Shown here piece by piece: positions 50,508 through 63,453 of a DNA stretch of 64,000 nucleotides. The notes beneath the pieces are model-generated. The model searched no databases. It was given only the letters and a program-made list of their open reading frames with translations, and was not told the DNA's origin. Positions within the stretch are counted from its first letter, which is position 1. Every line of letters starts with the position of its first letter. The DNA is taken from assembly GCA_973895155.1 (NCBI GenBank), contig OZ316894.1, positions 23,000,709-23,064,708 on the forward strand, given 5' to 3'. The DNA comes from Marsupella aquatica. Its lineage: Eukaryota; Plantae; Marchantiophyta. The position numbers and the translations under genes are program-made.

Positions 50508-53500
50508 CTATATATATTCGCAAAATGCAGAAACTTTGCTCCTCACCCATGCAAAACTAATTCCCCTTTGGAGAAGAACAGATGTTACATCATAGATTTT
50601 CCTGACCCACCTAGTTCTAGGAAAAATAATACCAAGCAATCGAATAAATAGCAGCAGAAACCCTATCAGACAAATTGCTCCACCTATGGAAGCTGTGATA
50701 ATTGTCAAATTTCCTCCCACTGATGATATACCATTAGCACTTATAACAACTATAGAACCTGCAGCAAAAGCCAAAAGTATACATACAATGGATGGGAAAA
50801 GGGTTGCAACTGCCAAGATGATCATCCCACGAGTTTTTTCTAATTCGGCTGCCATTGGCTGTTGTGGCATTGGGAGTGCCGGAATCAGAGAAAAAGTAAT
50901 GGCCGCAATTGCTAGATAGAAGGACAGTGTATCACAAACAATAAAAATTCTCACCCATATGTACCTGGCTTGTATTTGATTAGGCCCATCTCCACTACTA
51001 TAGCCAAGTGGGGGTTGCAATGGTCCCACATATGATGCTGTTGCAACCAATGTTGCCATGACTGAGATTGCGTTTGTAGCAAAACTCATGCCAGTTTGAC
51101 TTGCACTAAACTCCTTCAATTGCCTGTCATACCACCATGAAAGGAACTTCTCGTCGGTGCTCAAGCTACCTTTTGGATACGGAGCTTGCCCATCCTCGTC
51201 AACTTTGAAGAGATCACATCCACACTGCAACAAGAGGTCGATGCATCCTTGTCTCTCAACAATGGTACTCTCATATGCTGGAGGCCCCAGATAATTTGGT
51301 CTAATGTACTTGACATTCACAAAGTCAAGTAAATGACCCTGAATTCTGAGATCTTTGGGGTCCAGGACTGCATGAAGAACAGTCCGTTTGTAGTGGTCTT
51401 CAATGTAAGGATCACATATTTTGCTCTGGAGGAAAGCTCTCAGGAGCTTATAGTTACCCAATCTTGCAGCAACATGCATGCTTGGCCATTCAAGATCCGT
51501 GCGGCTGGCTCGTTCTCCACGATGCCATCCATATCCTAAAGTTCGCCCTCCTTTATGGACAGTTGTTGGGCGGGCCTGTTCAGAAATCTAGACCACAAAC
51601 AAGATTCTACAAGTTCATTATTACATCCAGCATGGATATAAATTTCGGGAAACCATGCACTAAACTTTAGACCCGTATCTTATAGTTTTAGTTGACTTTT
51701 CAATCTGTCAATACGAAAGTATTCCAAAGAAGGTGCCATTTGCAACCGGTCACACAGCCCAAAATTTTCAACGATAATAACTTAAAAGAGCATCAAAGTC
51801 CCTCACAATTGCAATAAGCCAGAGTGGATAAAGGTTTGGTACTCACATCAAGTAGTTGTTTCACCATGTCCACCTGGCCTGTCAGACTGGCAAGCTCTAA
51901 CGCATCTAACGCGACGACCTGACCATTTTCTAGTGAACACCAGAATCGTTTATCTTGTGGGGAGAATGTTTCCGTTGCATACCAAATTTCTAGGCTTCCG
52001 TGCATTATTGCACTGTGGAGAGGGGTTATACCATTTCGGATTTTTCTATGCCCTGTAAAGCCATTCTGGACTGACAGAGAATTCAATTCTTCATCAGCCA
52101 GATCTATCCCTCGCCGTTTCCAACCGAGGAAGGGATTCATGGGCTGTTGCCAAAGCCCTCCGTACGACCTGGTATGTCGTTTTAGGTCGAAAATTCCGGG
52201 AGAATCTATTCTGTAGCTACTGCACTCGTCGCCCAACCACAGGTGGTATCGTATGAAGCCTGAGACCGACCCACCGTCGTTGCCTAGTACGACAGCTCGG
52301 TGCCAAACCGTTCTTCCTAGACCATCATGTGCCTTTATTGCAAGTTCAAAGACTTCCACTGCCGCTTGAAGTCCCATACTGCGCGATAGATCGTGGAAAG
52401 CTGATATGGATCCCTCATCCACAGCAACATGCAATGGGGTTCTCCCCTGCGCATCATGGAGCTTCAAGAGAGATTGCCAAAGAGGTTCTTCCCCTGGTTG
52501 AGCCGGGTACTGCCAAACCTCCCGCCACAAGTACTTTAGAAGGAGCTGTGCTTTTCTCCAAGAGCTCCCCTGACATCGCTTGGTGAATAGAAAGTGAAAC
52601 AGGTACTCTGACACTCGCTCTTTCGAGAGATCAAAATCCCAGAAGAGAAAATTGAATTCTCGATCGTCCGTCCAGGCATCGAAAATACTTTGGCAGAGTC
52701 TGAGAGAAGCAGGGTCTCCTTTGATCCTCTCTACAACTCCTTCCGTGATTTTCCTTAGTCGGTCCCTGTGGAGGTCAATCCGGGAAACTATCAGTGTCTT
52801 GGTTAAGAGTAAAGCAAGGACATCGACGTTTCCGTTTACTACTGCCACTCCTAGTGCGTCGAACTCGTGAGCGGGTCCAGAGTACATATACTTTGCACGT
52901 ATCAACTCATCAAAATCGAGGACTGGGCGCTTGTGTATTTCCTTCAGCTTGGCAAGATCAGTCTTGAATTCGAGAAAATGACTAGCAGTCCCTTTGTCCG
53001 GTGCCACGCGAATAGCATCATCTTGAGAATGAGAAGGATCTACACCGCTGTTTTTGGTCTTATCATCTGCCTTATCAGTCTGAACCTGGTCTGGGGCCAC
53101 TGTGGGTGCGTCTTCGTTGCCACTCGAAGCATTGATTCCCTCATCTGTTGAAGACTCGAGTCCTTGCTTATCCATTTCCGACTTATCACCTAGGATGTCT
53201 TGTTTTGTGTAGAACTTGAGAACTTGCTCCACAATTTCGACGCAGCCTCTGCTTACACCCAGATGAAGAACAGCTAACGCCCGGTCTTTCAAGAGGCTCG
53301 GATCGTCTTTCAAGAGCCGCATGACCTTAATACAATCGCCAGCCAAGTCCTTGAGTTCCGCGTCAAGTTCGTCCTTCAGCGAGTTACCACCGGTGCGTTC
53401 TTCCGGATCTGTATCCAGATGAAGCACAGCTTCCCGCCGGTCATTCGAGAGGCTAGAATCCTCTTTCAAGGGCCGCATGATGTCAAGGAAACAACCGCTA

Positions 53501-53574
53501 TCCCTGTCCTTGAGTTCAGTGTCCATTTCGTCCTTCAGCGCCTCACGGTTCGTGCGTTCTTGAGGATCTGCCAT
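50508..53574 (-). CDS. Ankyrin-repeat + PGG transmembrane protein (ACD6/ITN1-like family), 935 aa; exons 53574-51847 and 51587-50508
   Basis: GRTPLHVAV, GRTVWHRAV, ITPLHSAI, SMHVAARLGN; VMATLVATASYVGPLQPPLGY plus 4-5 hydrophobic helices. Phase-0 GTGAGT...TAG intron joins the exons in frame. Confidence 0.9.
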
Positions 53575-54911
53575 GAAGTAAGTAGAAATGGAGTGGAAGA
53601 GAGTTGTGTGTTGTGAAGAGAGGACTCACTTGGAACCCGTTTGTACCGTTCGGCTCTGGCCGAATAGAACACTAAGAGCTGGAAGCTCACGGTAGAGACG
53701 GGGAAATTGCAGCTTATCAGGTGTTTCAATGCCGTATTCAACACAGCACATTCCTCGTGGCTCCTTCGCTCCTTCGCTTGCATTAATCAATTGGTTCCCT
53801 CTTGAGACTCGTTCGAGAAACAGGCTGTATTACTGTTCCACAATCATTTTTTGAACCGTGCAAAATACTCTCCGCGTTGTTGTGCAGTCTCTTTTCTTAT
53901 TCGCAGAAGACATTTCTTATTTAACAAAAAAATTCCGAAAGGGTACAAAGCTCATAACCCATTCTGCAGTGTCAGAACGAGCAAGGAAGCTGGCATCACC
54001 CGCCCTGGGTAGGCCTTCCCTCTGTTGGCCGTCAAACATTGGTACAGTCTAATCAAAACCTCAAACTTTCCAAGAAAAAAGAACCCAAATCAAGGAACCT
54101 AGTAGTGATTCGCACAAGAGCAGATTGACTGATCGAGGAACGTACTCCTATAGTTTGTGGGAGTTAGAAGTGCTTGACGGGCGCCTAGATGTGAATGATC
54201 AGATTGCCTTCCCTGAGGTATCTACGAAATTGTATTGGGCGAAGATCGTGCGGTGCTTGTTCGACTTGAAGCCCCTCATCCACAGGGTTGAGTGAGAAGC
54301 CTAACTTGCAACTGGAGTTGATTGAGAAGGCAGGCTGAGAAGCTTGTACAAGTACGTTGCTGATTTTGCTTCTGTGTGTTGCTTGTTTCTGCATGTTTGA
54401 TGCTAGAAATTAATTTGTCACTGGTTCTTTGGTTGTTTAGAAGGGGGTCTCAAAGCTTCAGATTTTATGGATCTTGACTCAATAGTTAAGGTAGGGACAT
54501 AAAAAGTTATCAATTGCCAAATTCACGACTCATAACTTTTGGCCATAACTATTGGTCATATATCTTGACCATAACAGACATATGTGAGTAGAGAAGTTTT
54601 TGAGCTCAAATAACACCAATCATGCAGTATACTAACATCAGACTTAGATCAATGATTCCTATGAAAACACCTTATAAAAGTTTTCTGAGGGAATGATTAA
54701 TGTGAAAGTAACGGTTTAGATGGGTTCTCGTGATTTAAGGATTCTTTGTATGTGTTATCTTTTAAATATTCCTGTTTTCAATCATATTTTCCCCTTACAA
54801 CAAGATTCATAGTTTCATTCAAAGGTTTTGGGATCACACCACAATGAGCAGATTTCCATAACTAATGTTAGTAACACAAACTACACTATAGAATGTACTA
54901 GTGTAGGGAAT

Positions 54912-55065
54912 TTTTGACTTCACTAAATTCTTGTGTGGGAAGTAGCAGTGCAACAAATTGGTACGGCAGGCTCTACACCCTTTGCGTGTGGATGGGGGGA
55001 TTGAACCTGGGACCTCTCGGTTCTAGTCTAATCCCTTGGCCAAGTGGCCAAAGCCAGTTGCTTGA
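54912..55065 (-). mobile_element. tRNA-derived SINE
   Basis: Minus strand: A-box-like TGGCCACTTGG (55050-55040), B box GGTTCAATCCC (55007-54997), short A tail, possible 7-bp TSD AGGGAAT/AGGGACT. Confidence 0.55.
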
Positions 55066-55879
55066 GGGACTGAATTCTTCAGGCTGCATAAGTGGGAGTT
55101 GGCCCATAATTTCTCTGCTCGACTTTAGGCCTTGTTTGGCCCTTTGGTCTTCCTGGGGATTTTCACGTGTTTTATCTCTATTGTTACACTGGTTTTACCC
55201 CCCTTTAGTGGGTCTCCTGCATTTGGGATGTTGTGTCTGAATTGACGTTTCCTTGTTCTTAGGCTAAGGCAATGTAATTACCAGTTTATTTTGATGTCTT
55301 GTGGGCAATTTTGTATGAATGGTGGAAGGAAAGAGTCTACTAAGAAGGCTCTCAGCTTGTTGAACTACTATGACGTTCCTCCACTATCTTTTCTAGAGAA
55401 CCTGCTTGTACTAGAAGGAGACAAACACTATTGGTCTGTTGTGGTCCATAATCTGTTTTGTGGGTACGTATTGGCTATCAGTTTCAAGAGAAATCCTAGA
55501 TGTCCAACTGGTAGATAAACCTTGCCTAGAAACCACCACCCTTCCTTAATTGCACCCTACAAGTATCTAAGATTCACAACTTACAGACTAAATGGCCAAG
55601 CCATAGACAAACAAGTTCTCCAAATAATACACATTTTTGAAGTTGGCTCTTGATGGAAACCTAAAGTTGCAAATAAGTACATACTTACTATAAATCATGT
55701 TAGTTACCGAACATTCCCCAAATAGCCCATAATTAATATCCTGATAAGTAAGATAGACTGCAAAATATGAACAAGTGTGATGGGAATGGAAAACAAAACG
55801 GGACAGAAAAGGCATTGCCTAGTAAGTTAAACAAAAATCAGAATTGAGCACCGAGCAAAATTCCCAATCACACATTGGC

Positions 55880-56670
55880 TTACTGGTGACTCCATCGAAC
55901 AAGCTTTCCAGTTGGTTGCTCGACTGCGCTCTTGTCACAGAGCAGGCTACCTACAGATGCTAGGATTCTTTCTGATATATCAAGTAATGTGGAGAATGTG
56001 GCTAGCGCAGAATGGACAGACGCTAATTGCACCAAGTCACCGAGGCGACCTTAATCAACACTCTGTTCTAACTTGCTGAAGCCCTAGATCACTTGACTGC
56101 TAGCTGTTGGTGCAGCCCCACAGCCTCTCTCCCTCGGACTAGGGTTCAAGACTACTTAGGACTAGAGAAGTGCTAGCAGCGGAAAGTGCCCGCTTGATGA
56201 GACTTGGTCCTCGACTTCTCTAGCTCCCCACTGAATTGGTCTATAGTTTGCCTTACTCTCCATTTGCTGGCAGGAATGGGAAATTCCTTTACATGCCCCG
56301 GATCCAAGCCCCTTGCACATACTTAGGATGCTTGCTCTATTCCCGGGCTCTATTGTACTTGGCACAAATTACCTGCCCCTTGCAGGTTGGATAGGTTAGG
56401 ACGTCAACCATTGTCTTGCTGGCCTCGTACTAAGGGTTGCTTCTGTAGATTGGTTTTTGCGGTGAGTATTTGATGACTACGTTTACTTTGAGACTGCTCT
56501 GTGGATGGGCTGGGTGACTTTGGGCTGCAATCTTTCCCGTGTGCTCGGGCCTATGCCCTTTGTGAGCTTCCTTGAATCGCCTTTTTACCCTCTGGGTGCT
56601 GTTACGCTTACATTTGCCTGCTGTTTACCCATCTGTGGGTTTCATGTGGAATAAAATTAAAATTAGAAAA
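55880..56670 (+). mobile_element. 5'-truncated L1 fragment related to the full-length L1
   Basis: YQVMWRMWLAQNGQT resembles YQILWCIWLARNAQT. 3' end CTGTGGGTTTCATGTGGAATAAAATTAAAA resembles CCGTGGGGTTCACGCGGAATAAAATAAAAA at ~17660-17700. 5' boundary approximate. Confidence 0.7.
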
Positions 56671-57448
56671 ACAAATCATTCAAACATTGACATGGCCATC
56701 CCACAAAACATTTGGTAGTACGTTTGACCTGTGTTTGACTAACCTAATAACACCTTACCTTTCCTGTGTATGAATGCTCAGAGACAACTTAATGGGTACC
56801 AAACGAGTGTTGGGTCCATTGGAGTTCCCAGGTAGATTAAATGTTCTGGTCCATCTGAGCATCAATTTCAATCAGGTTGAAAAGAAAAACTTAATTTTGC
56901 CACTAGAGTCACTACAACAAATTTGGCCATTTTCCGATTGGAGTTTTTTGATTGGCATGCACAATTTTGATTTTCTTGTTATGTAAAAACAATTATCCAA
57001 AGTTTGATTTTACCAGTATTGAATATTTCTGATTTCTAGCTAATTTGATATTCTTTCACATTATTTAAATAACTTAAGTATATACTTTTTGCCTCTCCTT
57101 ACTTTTGGGAGCAGAGTAGTTTGCCTTGTGCATTGTGGTTTCCAAAGCACCAATCTGTCCCCTCTCTTACTCATGCCGTTAAGTGAGAATTTATTGTTAA
57201 AAATAGTCATTGGTTAAAAGGGGTTACATCTACATCCAAAGCACCAATACACCTTGCCCCAAGAGAACATTCTGTAATCTTTTTAACTTTGATTTATAAA
57301 CCAAGAACCCCACAAATGGGGCCAGGGAAGCAAATTGGGCCAGGAACACCATTTGGGCCACACATAAGACAGGTGGGTAGTAGTGTTCTCAGGGTTCACT
57401 TGGGTTTCATTGCCCAAAACCTTCTTGCAATCTGTACATCTTTCGTCA

Positions 57449-57808
57449 AGACTAGTCCAAAAACTTCTGAAGTACACAACTTTATTGCAGGTGAAAACTG
57501 TGTTTCAAGACACTACAAAACGTAGCTAGTCTGATATTTCAGTCTGAGATTTAAGTCTCATTGGTGTCTGAATATCAGGTTCCAGGATTTTATCCATTTG
57601 GCACATGCAGTTCTTAAATTGTTGACATTCTTCCTTACCCACACAAATGTAATTCCACTCTGGAGAAAAGCAGATGTTAAATCATAGAGTTTCCTGACCT
57701 GCATGCAGACTTCTAGGAAAAACAGTCCCCAGCAACCCAATAGAAAGCAAGAGAAAACCTATCAAACAAATGGCACCACCTATGGAAGCTGTGATAATTG
57801 TCAAATCT
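57449..57808 (-). pseudogene. Duplicated 3' end (last TM helix, tail and 3' UTR) of an ANK-PGG paralog
   Basis: Aligns to 57890-58261; encodes a DLTIITASIGGAICLIGF...VRKLYDLTS-like sequence. Confidence 0.8.
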
Positions 57809-58035
57809 ATACTATGAAGCCTTCACTCTCGCTGTGTACATTTCTCAAGTCATAGGCTCTTGACAAGTGTCAATATGAAGCCTTATCCCAGACTAGTCCA
57901 AAATCTTTGAAGTACACATTCAGCTTTATTGGACGTAAAAACAATCTCTCAAAACACTACAAAAGGTAGCTAGTCTGCAATTTCAGTCTCATTGCTGTGT
58001 TCAAATTTCAGAGAACAGTCCCAGGATTCTATCCA

Positions 58036-61000
58036 TCAACCAAAGGCAGTATTTAAATGGATTTTCCTCCTAACCCTCCGGATTTTCCTTGTGACCCGTG
58101 CAAAAGTAAATCCCCTTTGGAGAAGAACAGATGTTACATCATAGATTTTCCTGACCCACTGAGTTCTAGGAAAAACAATCCCCAACAACCGAATAAACAG
58201 CAAGAGAAAACCTATCAAACAAATGGCACCACCTATGGAAGCTGTGATAATTGTCAAATCTCCTCCAAGTGATGATATACCATTGGCACTTATCACAACA
58301 ACAGAACCTGCAGCAAAAGCTAAGAGTATACAAACAATGGATGGGAAAAGGGTTGCAACTGCCAAGATGATCATCCCACGAGTTTTTTCTAATTCGGCTG
58401 CCATTGGCTGTTGTGTCATTGGAAGTGCAGGAATCAGAGAAAAAGTAATGGCAGCAATTGCTAGATAGAAGGACAATGTATCACAAACTATAAAAATTCT
58501 CACCCATATGTACTTGGCTTGTATTTGATTAGGCCCATCTCCACTACTATAGCCAAGTGGGGGTTGCAATGGTCCCACATATGATGCTGTTGCAACCAAT
58601 GTTGCCATGACTGAAATTGCATTTGTAGCAAAACTCATGGCATTTTGACTTGCACTAAACTCCTTCAATTGCCTGTCATACCACCATGAAAGGAAGTCCT
58701 TGTGGGTGCTCAAGCTACCTTTTGGGTACGGAGCTTGCCCATACTTGTCGACCTTGAAGATGTCACATCCACACTGCAACAAGAGATTGATGCATCCTTG
58801 TCTCTCAACAATGGTACTCTCATATGTTGGAGGCCCCAGATAATTTGGTCTAATGTACTTGACATTCACAAAGTCAAGTAAATGACCCTCAATTTTGAAA
58901 TCTCTGGGGTCCAGGACAGCATGAATAACAGTACATTTAGAGCTGTCTTCAATGTACGGATCACATATTTTGGACTCTATAAAAGCTTTCAAGAGCTCGT
59001 AGTTACCAGAACTTGCAGCAATATGAATGGTTGGCCAAGTAACACGATCAGAATCTTCTTCATGTGGCCATTCTCCAGCAAGCCATCCATACTGAGAACT
59101 TTTCCCCCGGTCAGGATATTGAAGTTGTTTCCAGAGTCCAAGCCATCCATACTTAGAATTTCTTCCCCCTTCAGAATTTTGCCGTCTTTTTTGGAGGCCC
59201 TGTTCAGCAGACTAGAACACAAGATCCTACAGGTTCATTACTACATTCAGCATGGATAAAAACTTCAGGAAATCATGCACTAAACTTTAGACCCTGTTTA
59301 TGGTTTTAATTGAATGACAATCTCCGAATATGAAAAGAATTACAAAGAATGCGCCATTTCCAACTGGTCACAGAGCCCCCAAAATGTCAACGATAATAAC
59401 TTGAAAGAGCAAAATCAAAGTCCCTCACAATTGCAATAAGCAAGAGTGGATGAAGGTGCCCATCCAACAGAGTTTCAATGCAAAAAAGAGTGGATGAAGG
59501 TCTGGCACTCACATAAAGTATTCGTTTCACCGTGTTCACTTGGCCTCTCAGAGTCGCAAGCTCTAACGTATCTGCGGTGCGATGTATCCTCCATCCGGTG
59601 CCATATATCGACAAATGGAAGGGAGTATCTTGTGGGGAGAAGCTGTCACCTCGGAAATGGAGGAATTGGCTCTCGTGCATAATTGCGCTGTGGAGAGGGG
59701 TTGTAAGATCAATTTCTCTCACGGATCCAAAGCCATTCTCTCCAGAGACATCATTCGAATCAAGATCCACATCTATCCCTCGCCGTTGCAAACAGATAAC
59801 GGGATCCTCCATTGGCTGTTGCCAAAGCGTTCTGTAATAAGCGTCTCTCGTCAGGTTGGAAAAATAGAGATGATCTATTTCCTGCTTATAGCACGCGCTG
59901 GCCAACCGCCCGTGCATATTCATGAGCCCCGTACCCCGGTAGCCTAGTACGATTTGTCGGTGCCAAACCGTTCGCCCTAAACCATCAGGTAGCTTCATTG
60001 CAAATTCGAAGACTCTTATTTGATCGCTCAGTGGGAAATTACAGCATAGCTCCTCGAAAGCGTGTACTGACCTCGTATCCACGGCAACATGGAATGGGGT
60101 TCTCCCCTGCGCATCATGGAGCTTCAAGAGCGACTGCCAAAGAGGGTCTTCCCCTGGCGGAGTCTGGTACTCCCAAACCTGCCCCCACAAGCACTTCAGA
60201 ATGAGCTCTGCTTCTCTCGCTTCTCTCGAAGGGTCCCATCGGTCCCCCTGACGTCGGATACTGAACAGAAAGTGAAACAGGTACTCTGGTACTCGCTCTT
60301 TCCAGAGATCAAAATCCCAGAAGAGAAAGTTGAATTCTCGGTCGTTCCTCCACGCATCGAAGATACTTTGGCAGACTCTCAGAGAACGAGAATCTCCTTT
60401 GATCCTCTCAACAACTCCTTCCGTGATTTTTCTTAGCTGGTCCCTGTGGAGGTCAATCATGGAAACGCTCCGTGTCTTGGGGCCAATCCGGGAAGCGCTC
60501 GGTGTCTTGGTTAAGAGTAAAGCAAGGACATCAAGGTTTCCGTTTACTAGTGCCACTGCCCGTGCGTCCAATTCGCGAGCGGGACCAGAGTACAAATATT
60601 TTGCACGTAACAGTTCATCAAAGTCGAGGACTGGGCGTGCTTGGATTTCGTCAGCTTCGCTATCCAGCAAGGCAAGATCATTGGTCAAGCTTAAAAGATG
60701 GCTACTAGTACAGTTGTCCGGTGCCACGCGAATAGCATCATCTTCAGAATGAAAAGAATCAGCACCGCTGTTTTCGATCTTACTGTCTGCCTTGGTGTGA
60801 AACTTATCTGGGGCTCCTGTGGATGCGTCTTCGTTGCCACTTGAAGCACTGATTCCTTCGTCTGTTGAAAACTCGACACTTTGCTTATCCTTGTCTGACC
60901 TGCCACCGAGGTTGTCTTCTCCCCTACAGAACTTGACAACTTGCTCCACGATTTCGATGCAGCCTCTGCTTACACCCAGATGAAGCACAGCTAACGCCCG

Positions 61001-61291
61001 GTCTTTCAAGAGGCTTGAATCGTCTTTCAAGAGCCGCATGACCTTAATACAATCGCCAGCCAAGTCCTTGAGTTCCGCATCAAGTTTGTCTTTCAGCGAG
61101 TTACGACCGGTGCGTTCTTCCGGATCTGTATCCAGATGAAGCACAGCTGCCCGCCGTTCGTTCAAGAGGCTAGAATCCTCTTTCAACGGCCGCATGATCT
61201 CGAGGAGACAATCGCCATCCCAGTCCTTAAGTTCAGTATTTATTTCGTCCTTCAGCGCCTCACTGCCCGTGCGTTCTTGCGGATCTGCCAT
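58036..61291 (-). CDS. Second ankyrin-repeat + PGG transmembrane protein, 984 aa; exons 61291-59513 and 59211-58036
   Basis: Starts MADPQERT like its paralog. Same phase-0 GTGAGT...TAG intron. Exon 2 is in frame with the PGG/TM region, which is nearly identical to 50508-51479. Confidence 0.9.
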
Positions 61292-61529
61292 GAATTCTGT
61301 AGAAATGGAGTGGAAGAGTTGCGTGTTGTGAGGAGAGGGCTCACTTGGGACCCCTTGGTACCGTTCGGCTCTCGCCGCATAGGACAGTAGCAGCTGACAG
61401 GGTAGAGACGGGGAATGCAGCTTATCAGGTGGGTCAATGTCGAATTCAACACAACACATTCCTCGTGGCTTCGTCAGTCCTTCGGTTGCATCAATTGATG
61501 TGTTACCTCTGGAGACTGAACTCCGTCCC

Positions 61530-62100
61530 AATCCATTTCGGACTTATCACCGAGGGTGTCATCTCCTGTGTAGAACTCGAGAATTTGCTCCACGATTTCT
61601 ACGCAGCCTCTGCTTACACCCAGATGAAGCACAGCTAACGCCCGGTCCTTTAGGAGGCTCGAATCGGCTTTCAAGAGCCGCATGACCTTCATACAATTGC
61701 CACCCAAATCCTTGAGTTTTGGCGTCAAGTTCGTCCTTCAGCGAGTTACCACCGGTTGGTTGTGCAGCCAGATGAAGCATAGCTGCCCGCCGGACGTTCA
61801 AGAGGCTCTATAGTCCTCTTTCAAGGCCGCATGATCTCGAGGCGACAATTGCCATCCCAGTCCTTGGATTCAGGTGTCCATTTCCTCCTTCAGAGCCTGA
61901 CGACCCGCGGGTTCTACAGGATCTGCCTGGAATTCTGAAGAAATGGAGTGGAAGTCCCTGGTATGGCGCCAGGAGAGGGGTCGCCCTTTGCACCGTTCGG
62001 GTCTTGCCGCATAGGAGAGTGGCAGCTGGAGGCAAGTCTACGACAGGCAGAGACGGGGAAATTGCAGCTTGTGAGACTCGTTTGAGAAGCAGGCTGTCCT
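61530..62100 (-). pseudogene. Degenerate duplicated 5' part of an ANK-PGG paralog
   Basis: GGNSLKDELDA...KDRALAVLHLGVSRGCVEIVEQ...LGDKSEMD with frameshifts. ATG appears mutated to AGG (~61928). Upstream GAGACTCGTT.GAGAA.CAGGCTGT is shared with ~53802-53830. Confidence 0.8.
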
Positions 62101-62264
62101 ACTGTACTGCTGGACCTGGCCAGCCGCAGTTCTAATGTCGTTTTACTGTAGAATGTGTTCCAGTCAGAGACAATCTTGTAATCCTGCGTATTGCGAGTTC
62201 ATGTGCATGTTGCAAGTTCATGTACAATCTTGTAGTACTGCATATTGTTAGGCTCGTTCACTGA

Positions 62265-62830
62265 ACTATTTACTTTTTACTGAGGAACTCTAGCAGACTT
62301 TTCAGTTCTCCATTCACTAGAGTGTTAGTCTTCACGGCTCTTTTGTAGGTTACCTTTTGGTCCTTGTTCTGTTGTAGTTAGCACTCGGTAGGCTTGGGAT
62401 CTCGCTAGAATTTGATTCCACAGAATCAAAATGCTACCATTTTCTAGGAGTGCAAGTAACTGTCGAGAGAATACATTCTCTTCTCTGCACGAGAGGTCGC
62501 CATAATTATATACTCTACAGGTAGCGACTCTTTGACAAAACTCTTCAGAAGGAAGTCTCTACTGCAGTCATAATTGTCGTCAACTCCATTTTCCAACAAA
62601 CATTCCTTCCCCAGTTGGCCATGTTGGGAGTGGCTCCCACAGTCGATTATCATGAAGTTTCTGTCAGTAAGCTTCCGTGAATTCCCAATCTGCAGCTTCC
62701 ATTCAGTACTTGACGATTCTGACAAACAGACCTGATTGATTTAGATGGAATTAATTCAATTGACAAAATTGACAAAACTGATTCGGATTTGATTGTAACG
62801 AGATTGACTGGAATCAAAGAATTGCACCTC
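62265..62830. repeat. Paralogous segment equal to 7705-7989 + 8286-8343 + 49373-49490; empty site for the MITE and the 41-kb CACTA
   Basis: Colinear matches including GCCATAAT, GCAGTCATAATTGTC, GGGAGTGGCTCCCACAGTCGATTAT, TTCCCAATCT.CAGCTTCC, ACCTGATT.ATTTAGATG and ACAAAATTGACAAAACTGATT. Confidence 0.88.
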
Positions 62831-63213
62831 AATAGAAACTCGTCCGGACGTGTTCGTACAAGTCTATGGACGTTGCAGAAATTTCTATCTAAATTCCCGA
62901 CATTGCTGCTGAATCAAGAATTGTTGAGCTTTCTACTTGAAGGGTTTGGACTTATTGTATTTATCTATCATTACCAACTAAAAAGCAGCCCAATCCCTGA
63001 GTGGGTAATTTCTTCAAAGTGTAGTTGATAGTAAGGTGTCAACTATTGTATAATCTCTTCCCTATACAGATCCGTAACCCAAAAACCCCGTTCCTAAAAT
63101 CAGGAGTTTCTGAAATCCAAAATGTGGATAGCGTTCCTAAAATACACAGTTTCTGAAATCCTGATAGCGTTTGGGACAACGGATTCAAGCAGCACTAAAC
63201 CAGGTGTTGCATT

Positions 63214-63453
63214 CCTTGATAAGAGCACACCCCTTAAAAGTGCACTTGTTTGATAAGTGTACATGATGTATACCACTGTTAAATGTGCCCTTTGTGACTG
63301 CGCAGCCTCGTACTTTGTATCCTTGCCCTAAATTATGTGTCCAAACTCCCTAAGGGCATTTTTACCTCTACACAGAATGGGCATGCAGTAATCAGTGGAT
63401 GCAATTTATTGGATCGTGCATTTACCGATAAGTGCATATTGACGCTTATCAAG
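63214..63453. mobile_element. Possible small MITE
   Basis: 10-bp inverted ends CCTTGATAAG / CTTATCAAGG with internal GATAAGTG(C/T)A repeats. No clear TSD. Confidence 0.3.

Noticed and set aside
51793-53574. Treating ORFs 51793-53574/50508-51479 and 59387-61531/58036-58992 as four genes
   Set aside because: Conserved GT-AG introns join each pair in frame into one gene.
54026-54845. Solo LTR upstream of the first ANK-TM gene
   Set aside because: LTR-like composition, but no TG..CA pair with a matching TSD was found.
54985-55060. Functional tRNA gene
   Set aside because: A/B boxes are present but I cannot fold a convincing cloverleaf; a following body and A-tail fit a SINE better.
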